Assembly: GCF_026210795.1 (NCBI RefSeq)
Contig: NC_089429.1
Span: 1,178,001-1,242,000, forward strand
DNA: 64,000 nucleotides
Direction: 5' to 3'
From: Rhizophagus irregularis
Taxonomy: Eukaryota
Below are positions 1 to 11,410 of the stretch, piece by piece (within the stretch, counting starts at the first letter, position 1; every line of letters begins with the position of its first letter). A program made the position numbers and the translations under genes. Under the pieces are notes generated by a model. It did not search any database. It was not told the origin of the DNA and saw only the letters and a list, made by a program, of their open reading frames with translations.

Positions 1-1740
1 AATCTTATTTTTGAAGATTTTTTATTATCATTCTTTTTATTATTATATTTAAAAAAAAGAGTATAAAAAGACATTTGATGTGGTGTGTGGTGGGTGAGTT
101 TTGGCATTAAATTTAATGTTAAGAAATGAACGAAACGTTAACGTTAACGTTAACATTAACAACAAAAATTTGGTTTCCTTTTTTGGATGTTCATCATCAT
201 TTAGTCATGCTTAATAAATTTTTTCACTGTTTAAAAATTTGCTTTTCCTCCTTTTTTAATACTTTGTACTCTCTTAGCGACTAATCTTTTTGATGTTTTC
301 AATGAATAAATCATTTCACTGGTGATTAATAATCACTTAGGACGAAATGTTCAACCAGTTACTGTGATTTCGTAAAAGCACAAAGATCATTTAAGGAATT
401 ACAAATCGATCAATTTAGGAAAAAAAATTTTCTATTATAGAAGGTCTTTGTGAAAATTATTAAAAAGAATTAAATAACAAAAATTTATATAGAGAATATT
501 TTAAAAAAAAGAAACTCTGATAGAGTGATAGTAAATTTATAATAAATAGCAAATCAGTTACTACATCAAGTTCAATAAAAAGTATGATATGAATATTACA
601 AAACTGAAAATTTCAGGAAAAAGTCAATTTCTTCTGATTTTTCAATTTTTAAATCAACTCAACTAATAATGATATATATATGAAGCAAATCTTCATTAAA
701 AATAATATTGGGATTAATGTATTCCGCAGTAAAAACTAGAATACCTATCTATACATATGAAATAGTTGATCTTTTTAAAATTTATAATAACAGATAAAAT
801 AAACATATATGATATTCAATGATTAATCAAATATGCCAAACATTCATGACATCGGTGATATTAGTGACATAGATCTACATTTGTTCGTTTGTTCTACAAA
901 ATTGGCAGGATCACCAATCACATGACAATATCCAAAAGAGAAGTGTCAGAGCGATGGGCAGTCACCTCTGAAAAGGAAATAAACTAGCTTGGCTTGAGTC
1001 CAATAATTTGATAGATTACTATAAATTGTAAAACCAAGAAAAAAAATTTTAAACCAGAAAAACAAGTTCAGGATACTTCAGCGGATGCATGTTGCAAATT
1101 CGGCGGACTTTTGACTTGAACGGCTTGCCATGCATACAAATCCAGCAGCTGTCTGCTACAAAAGCGATTATTTGCTGCAAATTTAGCAGGTATCCACCGT
1201 CTGCTATATGGCTTGCCATAGAAATTACTCCCCACCCACGCTGATCGACAGAGAATCTAATCCTACATTTCATTTTTCAAGTCTATTGGTTGGGTATAGC
1301 ACACCAGGAAGTTTATTAAATGCTTGTGTAAGCGCTTAAAGTATGGTTTTAAAACGTTTATTTTCACATTTAAATTTTATAAATTTCCACATTTAGATCT
1401 TGTGTTACGAAAAAGAATTTATAGAAATAGAAAAAAAATTTTTTTGTTTAATAGAAATCTCAAATTTGTAAAAAAAAAAAAATATGACGTTTTAAAGTAA
1501 AAAATAATTGCTTAAAATAATACTTTAAGCGTAAAAATATGCGTTTAAACAAAATTGTAAAAATCAACATGTGATAATCAGGTGGATGAAATTAACATTT
1601 AAAAGGAATGATTTACATGTTATTTTTGGTTCTTTTGTTGTCCTTTTATGGAACACTAAATAAATTGTACAACTTTGACAACTGATAAATATAAATTTAT
1701 TTTGAACGAAAGCAACTCCCTTCCCTTTTCTTTTAATAAC

Positions 1741-3369
1741 ATGGCATGCTCAAAAATATTTTCAGGAGATTTACCCGAATTAACAAATGATATTATACAG
1801 TATCTTGAAAAAGATTTTTCAACATTGTATTCATGCATTTTAATTAATAGATTATGGTGTCGTTTAGCCATTCCATTATTATGGGAAAATCCATTTTTAA
1901 AGGAATATCCCGAAAATCAACACTTTATTGAAATTTACTTAAGTAAATTAAATGAAGATGTCAAAACAAAATTATATGAATATGGAGTTAATAATAATTT
2001 AATATCTTCAAATACACTATTATTCAATTATCCTAGTTTTATTAAATACTTAAATATAGATAACATTTTAAATTCTATTCGAATGTGGGTTGATACTGTA
2101 GTGGGTAAAAACCAAGAGGAGCTAGTAAACTTAATTTATAGGTCATTACTTGAAATGTTTATTGAAAATGAAGTAAATTTATATTCTTTTGAAGTCGAAC
2201 TGCCTATACATACTAATGTTGGTTATTTTGATAATAGTATAGACTTGATTTTACAAAATCCAAATCTTACATATAATATAAGCAATTTAACATTCCGTAT
2301 TTTTAATTATAATACTCAAAATATGATTAAATTATTGAAAATTTTATATTCTAATTGCAATTCAATCTCATCAATAGTTTTAGGATATGATATTGATTAT
2401 TATCGTTCATTAATCGGAAAATGTTTAATACAAATAATTATTTCACAACATAATCTCAGAAAAATTACATTTGAATATAATATTACTTTACGTAATCCAT
2501 TTTTATCATTAAAAAATTCTAATTGTTCAAATACTTTGAATATCATTATATTTTATTACATTGATTTTGAGGATATAATTAGTATTTTACAAGAGGTTTT
2601 TGATCAATTGAATGTTTTAGAGTCTATTCATATTTTTTATTGTTCTTCTTTAAATTCTGATTTTGTTAAACAAATTCTTAAGGTTAATAAACCATTTAAA
2701 TTGAGATCTTTGTTTATGGATGAAATATTACATTTTGAATCAATACAATTGCTATTACTGAAATTTAGTGATTGTCTAGAAAATTTTGGATTTGGATATA
2801 CGATGTTTAATGAATATGATGAACCAAAACAACAATTATTTGAATTAATTACGAAATATTGTAAAAAGATTAGATATTTTGAATCGGGAATACCTGATGA
2901 TAATAATATTTATTTATTCATTGAAAATAATCAACATAATATTAATTATCTTACTATTGAAGCAGATTTTAATAGTTATACTGATTGTAAGGAATTAAGT
3001 TCAAATGTATTACAGAAATTAGGACAGGTTCTTCCTTATAAATTAGAATATTTATGTTTAATCCTTTCATTTAATACAAGTGATCTAGAAATATTTTTAG
3101 AAAGATCACAAAATACTTTTATTGAAAAATTATTAATTAGTAATGATGATGAAATGTCGGGTAAGTATGAACATCTTTTATTTTGTATAAAGAAATATAT
3201 TATGAAGAAGGAAAGGGTTAAATATTTGGCTATTAATAATCATAAAGATATAGTACGTAATGAATTATTTACTTTAAAAGATGAAGTAAATGAATTTAAA
3301 TTACATAATATTATAGTTCAACAATACAGTAATTTATATATTTCTGCATATGAAATTATGAATAAATAA
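1741..3369 (+). CDS. F-box domain / RNI-like LRR protein (Glomeromycotina-expanded family), intronless, 542 aa
   Basis: ATG at 1741 (MACSKIFSGDLPEL); F-box-like motif LPEL..DIIQYL..D..TLYSCILINRLWCRLAIPLLWENPF, then degenerate LxxLxL repeats. The ORF-track start at 1675 is an upstream TTG; paralogs begin at the MACSK ATG. Confidence 0.85.
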   Translation: MACSKIFSGDLPELTNDIIQYLEKDFSTLYSCILINRLWCRLAIPLLWENPFLKEYPENQHFIEIYLSKLNEDVKTKLYEYGVNNNLISSNTLLFNYPSFIKYLNIDNILNSIRMWVDTVVGKNQEELVNLIYRSLLEMFIENEVNLYSFEVELPIHTNVGYFDNSIDLILQNPNLTYNISNLTFRIFNYNTQNMIKLLKILYSNCNSISSIVLGYDIDYYRSLIGKCLIQIIISQHNLRKITFEYNITLRNPFLSLKNSNCSNTLNIIIFYYIDFEDIISILQEVFDQLNVLESIHIFYCSSLNSDFVKQILKVNKPFKLRSLFMDEILHFESIQLLLLKFSDCLENFGFGYTMFNEYDEPKQQLFELITKYCKKIRYFESGIPDDNNIYLFIENNQHNINYLTIEADFNSYTDCKELSSNVLQKLGQVLPYKLEYLCLILSFNTSDLEIFLERSQNTFIEKLLISNDDEMSGKYEHLLFCIKKYIMKKERVKYLAINNHKDIVRNELFTLKDEVNEFKLHNIIVQQYSNLYISAYEIMNK

Positions 3370-3969
3370 ATTTATTTTATTTTAGAAGATGGAAGTTGTA
3401 CTTTAATTCATTAATGTATTGTAAAATATGGAAAACTTCTAGAGTATCGATTAACGTTAAAAGAATAGTACCTGCAACAAATCCATGTTATGTTTGGTTA
3501 TGAAAAGCAAGCCTTTATATAAAAATCGTCAAAATATGTATAATGTATGATAATTCCTAGAATTATTAAACACATAAAATCATTATTATAGCCGTTTTTT
3601 AAAAGATATGATCAGTGATTACAGGACTTATGAACGAAAAAAAAAAATTAGTTTTTTTAGTAGTATAAGATTTCTCTGTAAACTTTCTATTTAGTACTGC
3701 AATCTTTTTCTATTTCAAAAACTTTTTTTTTTTTGAGTTTACCTATGTAAAAATTTAAACATATATTTGGCGGGAATCTTTGGTGTTGAAAAATGATTTT
3801 TTATGATCTTTTATGATCTCTCACAATCTTTATGATCTTTACAATGGTTTATGTAATACAGATCTGAAAAAACTTTTTGCAAGTATTTATTATTTATATT
3901 TATAATTTATTCATGTTTATAAATTATATTAAAGTAAAACATACAGAAAGAAAGTTTATTTATTTACTT

Positions 3970-4550
3970 ATTATTGTAAGATTTTAAATGAGATTTCCTA
4001 TAGTTTTAATTAAAGAAATAAAACATTTTGATATATTTTAATCAAATAAAACTAAAACATTTTATAAACAATATATTGTTATAAAATAATTAGGGTGAGT
4101 TAGTTTTGAAGTTTAAAAAAAAGATCATAATTTTCGTTCTAATTACGTGGATGAGTCTTTTAAGTGTATATTTATTTAATAGTTTGAAAAAGTAATCAAT
4201 TGAAAAAGTTTGAGTATAAAGTCATGTGTAATGTATTATGAAATTTAAAATTTTTATTTCTAGCTAAAATTAAATATATTTCTTTATATGAACCAGCATG
4301 AACTGATACATTCTATTTTAGGTATAATATTCCCCCCTTCTATTTTTGAAAATTTAAAGGTAATTTAAACACATGACGTTTAAAGCCCCCCCCCCCCCCC
4401 CCCCTCTTTTTTAAATTTAGTGGTACTGAATATTTCACGATTTTACCAAAATTTCTGAAATTTTTAAAATTAATTATTAGTTTAAAATGGCATTTTTTAC
4501 GCTTACCGTATAATTTAATTGAAATAATTAACAATCTTGATAGCAAATAA
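3970..4550. repeat. Dispersed direct repeat, copy 1 (copy 2 at about 7818-8315)
   Basis: Shared blocks ATGAGATTTCCTATAGTTTTAATTAAAGAAATAAAA, GTTAGTTTTGAAGTTTAAAA, GTTTGAGTATAAAGTC and ATGAACTGATACATTCTA occur in the same order in both places; copy 1 carries an extra segment with a poly-C run at 4386-4404. Confidence 0.75.
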
Positions 4551-5170
4551 TATGATCAAATTAACAATTATTTAATAAAAGGAATGGTTTACATGTTATT
4601 TTTAGTTCTTAACAATAAAAAAACTAACAGTTATACAATATAAAATATTAATAAAATCTAACTATCACCGGGGGTGATGATAACTGGTGACTGAAATTAT
4701 GACGATCGACCAGCATTAAAAAAATATATTGCCGGTAAAAATTGATAATTCTGGCCAACGGTGATGGTCATCCACATTTACATGATTATGCAAATGTAGT
4801 TATATCTACTGGGTAGCAAATTTTATATGTATTTATTTATCCGTTTCTAGGAAATTTTGCGGTAAAAATTAACTATTGATTATACTATAATGGACTGATT
4901 TGGAAATTTGAGTAATTCGGAAAGATTTGCATTTTCCAAATGAGAAAAACTTTCTTTTAATTTATTAGTAATCTCAATATATTTTTCAAGTGTAATAGTA
5001 ATAGTTCTGAAGCTTTTTAAAATTTAATTATTTTTTTAAAATCTTTTAAAATGAGGAAAAAAAAAACCAAGCGAAAGAAAAATAAGATTCAACAATACAA
5101 TATACTATATTATACTCCCGATATACTATGAAACACTTACTATTGTGTAAATGGCAGGGGATAAATCAAT

Positions 5171-5280
5171 TATCTCCTGGCTAATTGGAATAGTAAAATT
5201 TTACTTAGAATCGGAACCTTTGGCCGATCATTTATCCAATCCTAGTAAAATTTTACTTATTCCTAATTAGCCAGGAGATA
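5171..5280. mobile_element. Small MITE-like inverted-repeat element
   Basis: TATCTCCTGGCTAATTGGAAT...ATTCCTAATTAGCCAGGAGATA; internal AGTAAAATTTTACT palindromes in both halves. Confidence 0.65.
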
Positions 5281-5650
5281 AGTAATACATAAACGTATTA
5301 ATGTAAAAATAATTGCTTAAATCATACTTTAAGGGTAAAAATATGCGCTTAAACAAACAAGAAATTAGTTTTCTAGTGATTAATTATCACAAAATATTTC
5401 GCAACTCTACGTTAGAAATAGATATCATCAGACATCCCAGTGATAACCAATTTAATTATTGTGTTCATAGATATCACATAACAGATAATGAAAATATCAT
5501 TTATCTTCGTTAAGGACTTGCTTTTATCATAATCATGCTATGGCATATCATGTTAACACCAGTTAGAATATCAACATTTATATTTTTACATTTATAAATA
5601 CATTAACTTATCGTCTTATCCCAATGAAGGTTTTGTAAATGCCTTATTTA

Positions 5651-7345
5651 TTAATATTGTAAATGGTTATTTATATAACTATGTGCATCAATATATAAAT
5701 CATTATATTTTTGAACTATAATATTATTTAATTTATATTCATTTACTTCGTTTTTTAAAAAAAATAATTCGACAGGTTCTGTACTAGCATTAGAATCTGA
5801 TTCTACAATAGCCAAATATTTAACCCTTTCCTTTTTCATAATATATTTCTTTATAAAAAATAAAATTTCTGTATCTTCTTTTCTCAGGGGTGTATACTGG
5901 AATTTATTACTAATTAATAATTTCTTAATAAAAGTATTTTGTGAATTATTTAAAAATATTTCTAGATCACTTGTAATAAAAGAAAGAGCTAAACATAAAT
6001 ATTCTAACCTAGAAGGAAGAACCTGTCCTAAATTCTGTAATACAGTTGAACTTAATTCCCCATAATCATAATAACTAGTAATATCCGCTTCGATAGTAAG
6101 ATAATTAATATTATGTTGATTCTTTTCAATGAATAAGTAAATACTGTTATTACCATAATAAGGTATACCCGAATAAAAATATCTAATCTTTTTACAATAT
6201 TTCATAATAAATTCAAATAATTGTTGTTTTTGTATTCTATAAAAGACTTGTCCTATTTCTCCACTTTCAAATCCAAAATTTTCTAAACAATCACTAAATT
6301 TCTGTAATAATAATAGTAATGATTCAATATGATCATTAGGTATTGTTTCTTTCATAAACAAAGATCTTAATTTAAAAGGTTTAATAACCTTAAAAATTTG
6401 TTGAACAAAATCAGAATCTAAAGAATCACAATAAATGATGTGAATAGATTCTAAAACATTCAATTGATCAAAAACCTCTTGTAAAATACCAATTATATTT
6501 TTAAAATTAATGAAATAAAATATAATTGTATTTAAAGTATTTGAACAATTAGAATTTTTTAATATTAAAAATGTACTATATAAATTAACAAAAGATTCAA
6601 ATGAAATTTTTTTGAGATTATTTTGTGAAATAATTATTGGTGATAAATAATTTTCAACTAATTTATAATTTTTGATTTTAATTCTATATTTAGGAAATTT
6701 AAAAACAATCGATGAGATTGAATTGTAATTAGAACAAAAAATTTTTAAAAATAAAAAGATATTTTCCGATTCAAATAAGGAAACATAACTGAGTGTTAAC
6801 CCTCTAATATTGTATGTAAGGTTTGGATTTTGTAAAATCGAGTCTACAGTATCATCAAAATAACTAGTATAAGTAAAATTCATGTCCAATACAACTTCAA
6901 AAGAATGTGAATTTACTTCATTTTCAATGAGCAATACTTCAATTAATGACCTATAAACTAATTTTCCTAGCATATGATTGTATTTATACTTTAAAGTAAT
7001 AACCCAATCTTCAACAGAATTACTAATTTTAAATGTATCTAAGTATTTAATAAATCTAGGATAATTGAATGATGTATTCAAAAGTAATAAATTATCATTA
7101 ATTCCATATTCATTAAATCTTGCTTTGCCATCTTCATTTAAAAAGCATAAATAAGTATTAATATAACGAGAATTTTGAGTAAGAAGTGAAAATGGATCTT
7201 CCCATATTAATGGAATGGCTAAACGACACCATAATCTATTAACTAAAATACATGAATATAATGTTGAAATATCTTTTCTAAAATACTGTATAATTTCATA
7301 GGATAGTTCAGGTAAATCTCCTGAAAATATTTTTGAGCATGCCAT
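5651..7345 (-). CDS. F-box domain / RNI-like LRR protein, intronless, 564 aa
   Basis: MACSKIFSGDLPELSYEIIQYFRKDISTLYSCILVNRLWCRLAIPLIWEDPF; clear paralog of 1741-3369 and 27237-28880. Confidence 0.88.
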   Translation of the reverse strand: MACSKIFSGDLPELSYEIIQYFRKDISTLYSCILVNRLWCRLAIPLIWEDPFSLLTQNSRYINTYLCFLNEDGKARFNEYGINDNLLLLNTSFNYPRFIKYLDTFKISNSVEDWVITLKYKYNHMLGKLVYRSLIEVLLIENEVNSHSFEVVLDMNFTYTSYFDDTVDSILQNPNLTYNIRGLTLSYVSLFESENIFLFLKIFCSNYNSISSIVFKFPKYRIKIKNYKLVENYLSPIIISQNNLKKISFESFVNLYSTFLILKNSNCSNTLNTIIFYFINFKNIIGILQEVFDQLNVLESIHIIYCDSLDSDFVQQIFKVIKPFKLRSLFMKETIPNDHIESLLLLLQKFSDCLENFGFESGEIGQVFYRIQKQQLFEFIMKYCKKIRYFYSGIPYYGNNSIYLFIEKNQHNINYLTIEADITSYYDYGELSSTVLQNLGQVLPSRLEYLCLALSFITSDLEIFLNNSQNTFIKKLLISNKFQYTPLRKEDTEILFFIKKYIMKKERVKYLAIVESDSNASTEPVELFFLKNEVNEYKLNNIIVQKYNDLYIDAHSYINNHLQY

Positions 7346-7439
7346 GTTGGTAAAGGAAAAAGGAGTTTGCTTTCATTTCAAAATGAAATAAATTTATAGT
7401 TGTACAATTTTATTTAGTATTCCATAAAAGATAGCGAAA

Positions 7440-7559
7440 GAACCAAAAATAACACGTAAATCATTCCTTTTTTAAAATAATTCTATTAATTTTATTTCAT
7501 CCACCTGATCAACAAATAGGCTTGAGAAAGGTTAAGCTCTTTTGTCGATCAGGTGGATG
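7440..7559 (-). promoter_or_regulatory. Conserved upstream block of the F-box paralogs, with an inverted repeat containing CAGGTG
   Basis: ATCAGGTGGATGAAAT...AAAAGGAATGATTTAC(A/G)T(G/A)TTATTTTTGGTTCTTT lies about 100-165 nt upstream of the ATG in all three MACSK genes (1578-1636, 27081-27145, and here on the minus strand). Here arms 7498-7516 and 7541-7559 form an 18/19 inverted repeat. Confidence 0.5.
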
Positions 7560-8985
7560 GGTGTAATTCCGGGTTAAGTAAATTCTCATTATAAAACGTA
7601 TATAATTATTTGTGATTATTTGCAAAATTCCTAATAAAAATGATTAATTAATTAATTCTTTATAAGCAGTTTACTGCCCAATAAAAAATTACTACGCAAT
7701 TTCAGGTATATTAAGTATTATTAAATCACGTTATTTTAATTTTCTCAAACCAAATTGATCTACCGGAGATCACTTTATTATAAGAACTCTCTCCCGTAAT
7801 TCTCGGTCTAGCGCTAATTATTGTAAAGATTTTAACTTAAATGAGATTTCCTATAGTTTTAATTAAAGAAATAAAATATTTTGATAAAATTTAATCAATA
7901 GAACTACTTAATCATTTTATAAATAATTTGTTGTTATAAAATAATTAAGGTGGGTTAGTTTTGAAGTTTAAAAGAAAGATTTTTCATAGTTACGTAATCA
8001 AAATGTGAATTTTAATTGGTAAGATTCTTATGTTACATTAAAATCGATATTTTTATTGCAGGCTGGTCACATTTTTTGAAATAGCGATAATGAGAATTGG
8101 CATCTTTTGCTCTAATGATGAGTTTTGGGTGTAGTAATTAATTGAAAAGTTTGAGTATAAAGTCGTATGTAATATATTTTGAAATTTAAAATTTTTATTT
8201 CTAGTTAAGATTATATATGAACTGATACATTCTACTTTAGGTAAAATATTTCACATAACCAATTACGTATCATTTTTACACTTACCGGATAATTTAATAG
8301 AAATAATTGACGCAAATAATATAACTGGCCAAAACAAACGTTTGAGGTAAATTTAGCACATAATTTATCAATAATATTTTTTATCTCTCAATAATAATAA
8401 AATTACTGATAACTTGTATTTTGATTTTTTAATAATTATTGCTGAATGTTTTTTTTATCATTTTTTAATGTAAGAGAAATAAAGCTCCTACGAATTTTCT
8501 TAAAAAGCTTAAATTAGCTTAATTAATTTAACCTATCATCGTCAAAGAAAAAAGTTAAATACTGTATTTTATGGTTAAAAAAAAAATATTCAAAAATAAT
8601 TTTTTTAGATTTGCGGGATTATGTTCAATTGATCTGAGATTCCTTGATATTGAAGGATCAGTTCCAAACCCTAAGTTAATAAAAATCAAAATAATTTATA
8701 AAATAAAATTTACCATTTACTAAATAATTTAGTGTCAAATTTCTCTTTAACATTTATATGATTTAAGGTACGAAGTCCCTTGCTAATAAACACATGTTCT
8801 AAAGGGGATCCGTACAAAATACCGAAACTCGAAAACCTGACAGTACATTATCCCGAACTCTAAATCTTGAAATGGTAAAATCTTGAAATGCCATAATCCC
8901 AAATTGTCAAAATCCTGAACTTTCATAATTAATAAATTTCAAGATTTTTCGTTTCGGTATTTTGAACTTCGGGATTATGTTTTTT

Positions 8986-10851
8986 TTTTTTTTTTTTTTA
9001 AACAAAGGACAATATTTATTATAAAAGAAAAATATACAAAATTGAACTAATCTAGTTTAAATACAAGATCGAATAAAAACTAATAAAAAAAAATGGTGAC
9101 TTAAGAATATATGTTCAAAAGAACTATCTACCGTCATGCCTGCCCAAATACTTTCACATGCATAAGCACCCTACCGGTATTCGTACATCCTTTGGTGACT
9201 AGATCAAAAATATTTTTCTAAAAAAAAAACACACTATAAAACAAAAAGAAAATTATTCTAAAACCTAAAAAAATTTAGTATATCCTAAATTAATTTACGT
9301 AAAACATCTAAAATTTCCGCTAAGACCTTTGATCGTGATGTTTTACGGGACTTATCTTTCTTCTGCTTATTATGCTTCTCAGATTTTGCCTCTTGTGGTT
9401 TCTTTTTAGAATTCTTAGAATTCTGTTTACTTTTATCAGTCTGTCGACTTCCTGAAGTTCGTTGCCGGTCCTTGTTGGTATTATTACCAAATGACCTTGT
9501 TCGTTGCGATGGAGAATCATGTCGATTCCAAGACAGGTGCAATTGCTCCCAATCAAATTGATTATCTAATGCTGTACGCATATCAACCCACTTTTCAAAA
9601 TAACCAATAAGTTTACGATCCCCCCTTGCAGTCTGTATAATTTTAAAGCTTTTCAAACCCTTAATCGCAGAAAGGAATGAATGTGGGCAATGGTCTTTCC
9701 ATAAGGCTGCTATCGTCATCGATTCTGGAATTTTTCGAATTGTAGCTTGGAACTTCTCACGTTGTTTTCTTTCTTTGAGTGTCCACCTTGCTGGAAACCA
9801 TCGAACCGGTATCCCCCCTAAATCCGTAGTCCAAACAGGATCATCATTACCTTCGAACTGGGTAAGACGCAAAGAATTTAATTCTATCTTCAAACGAACT
9901 GTTTGGTATTTCTTTTGTTGTTTCATTTGTAATGAGATAGTATTCCCCCAAAATGTTAACTTTTGCAGAATTTCTTCTGGCGTCCAGGATACTGGGATAT
10001 CATAAACCAAAATGTCTCTGACTTGTGATGTACCATCATCACCTGGTTTATGACCTGTAATAACTTGCTGAATTATATTTTTATTTGACTTCTTTTTTTT
10101 ATTCGAAGATTTTGTCAAATTAGATAAATTATTATCTGGTTGTTGTAATAGCTGCGGCTGAGGCATTGTAACATCCAGATTAGATACTGGTTCTACTGGT
10201 GTGACGTCCATATCAAAAGGTTGATCAACATGTGATTGAGATCCAGAGGCATCCGCAATCGACCGATTTATATTAACATCTTGATCATCACCTATTTGAT
10301 CATCATCATCAACAGTATTTCGCATATAATCATCTGATTCATCATTTGTTAATGGATCAGAATCAGAATCAACAGTTTGGTGTTTTTTCTTTTTATTCTT
10401 TTTAGCCTTTCTTTTTTTAGACTTATCCTCATGTTTTCTCACAACATTCATTATTTGCTTTCTTTCAGCATATCTCTGTTGTATCCCATCATATACTGCG
10501 TTAAAACCATGAGAAGCAGAGTACATAGCAACATGTAAAAAAAATGAGAAACTTTGAGGAGTCATTTGGTAACAAGAGGCTCTATTCTCCCAACTGAGTA
10601 TGTCTTCATTTGTTAATCCAAAATTTGCTTTTAAAATATTATTTTGAACTTCTGTTGAACGTCCCTTAAAAAATGAAGCACTAAGACTTTCACAATATTG
10701 TATATATTGGAAATATGTAGTTTTTAAAAACCTATTTTCATCACCCATAATAAGCATAGGAAACTTATTTTCGGCTATTTGTATTTTTCTTGTATCTTCC
10801 ATTTTAATAAAAAACTGAGTAAAATAAAATTAAAATTTTACTGCGGAATTG
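8986..10851 (-). mobile_element. Poly(A)-tailed retroposon carrying one ORF1-like gene and no reverse transcriptase
   Basis: Poly-T run 8980-8999 (A tail on the minus strand); TSD TTATGTTTTTT at 8975-8985 and 10852-10862; single ORF 10802-9285. Confidence 0.75.
9285..10802 (-). CDS. LINE ORF1-like nucleic-acid-binding protein, 505 aa (putative RRM-like domains, Lys-rich and acidic tracts)
   Basis: Intact intronless ORF; VRDILVYDIPVSWTPEEILQKLTFWG...YQTVRLKI...GIPVRWFP looks like an RRM-type ORF1 segment; basic C-terminus; no RT, endonuclease or RNase H motifs. Confidence 0.6.
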   Translation of the reverse strand: MEDTRKIQIAENKFPMLIMGDENRFLKTTYFQYIQYCESLSASFFKGRSTEVQNNILKANFGLTNEDILSWENRASCYQMTPQSFSFFLHVAMYSASHGFNAVYDGIQQRYAERKQIMNVVRKHEDKSKKRKAKKNKKKKHQTVDSDSDPLTNDESDDYMRNTVDDDDQIGDDQDVNINRSIADASGSQSHVDQPFDMDVTPVEPVSNLDVTMPQPQLLQQPDNNLSNLTKSSNKKKKSNKNIIQQVITGHKPGDDGTSQVRDILVYDIPVSWTPEEILQKLTFWGNTISLQMKQQKKYQTVRLKIELNSLRLTQFEGNDDPVWTTDLGGIPVRWFPARWTLKERKQREKFQATIRKIPESMTIAALWKDHCPHSFLSAIKGLKSFKIIQTARGDRKLIGYFEKWVDMRTALDNQFDWEQLHLSWNRHDSPSQRTRSFGNNTNKDRQRTSGSRQTDKSKQNSKNSKKKPQEAKSEKHNKQKKDKSRKTSRSKVLAEILDVLRKLI

Positions 10852-11249
10852 TTATGTTTTTTAATTTTTGAAGGAAGAGTTTTCAACTTCGGGATTATGT
10901 TATGAAATGTCGGGATTATGACATTTCGAGATTTTGCCATTTCGAGATTTAGAGTTCGGGATAATGTACTGTCGAATTTCGGGATTTCGTACCAAACCCG
11001 TTCTAAAGATAGCCACAATTCAAAAAATGTTATAACACAAGATTTTTATATGACGTAATTAATTAAGGCTATAAAAATCTTATAGCCGTAATTCAAATTT
11101 TTTTTAGAAAAAACTAAGGCTAATATCTTTAACATATTATAGATATTTTTTTTTGTTAAAGCTAGTAGATTTGACAGTAACACAATGATATTACATAATA
11201 ATAAAGCTTAATGGTAAATTATCTTATTTTGATATAATCAGATTATATT

Positions 11250-11410
11250 CTGATGAATTCAATAAAGTGGCTAAATATCAAAAGTAATTCTAATTCTTTC
11301 TCTTCATCATATAAATTAATTATGATTTTGTCATAAACATTCCCTTAAATTCATATCAAATTTATAATTTCCATTTGATGGATTTTTTGTTAAGCCATAT
11401 CATTGAACAC
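11250..11410 (-). pseudogene. Short TKL kinase remnant
   Basis: Minus strand reads YGLTKNPSNGNY...DMNLRECL*QNHN, matching CFGLTQDPSNGTYMLVM...DIDLRNYLQQNH of the kinase at 41122-43254, with stops and deletions. Confidence 0.55.

Larger units (their letters stand above)
8805..10999. mobile_element. Non-autonomous Mutator (MULE)-like element, interrupted by a retroposon
   Basis: 9-bp TSD GTTCTAAAG at 8796-8804 and 11000-11008; G-initiated imperfect long TIRs (GGGATCCGTAC...GACAGTACATTATCCCGAACTCTAAATC versus the reverse complement at 10905-10999). Confidence 0.85.

Noticed and set aside
1675..1740. N-terminal extension of the first F-box ORF
   Set aside because: TTG start; the paralogous sequence before 27237 has an indel here, and all paralogs begin at MACSK.
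9320..10005. Alternative-frame and antisense ORFs overlapping the 505-aa ORF (also those at 53454, 55416, 58498, 43012, 30885)
   Set aside because: Shadow ORFs of real coding sequences with no independent support.
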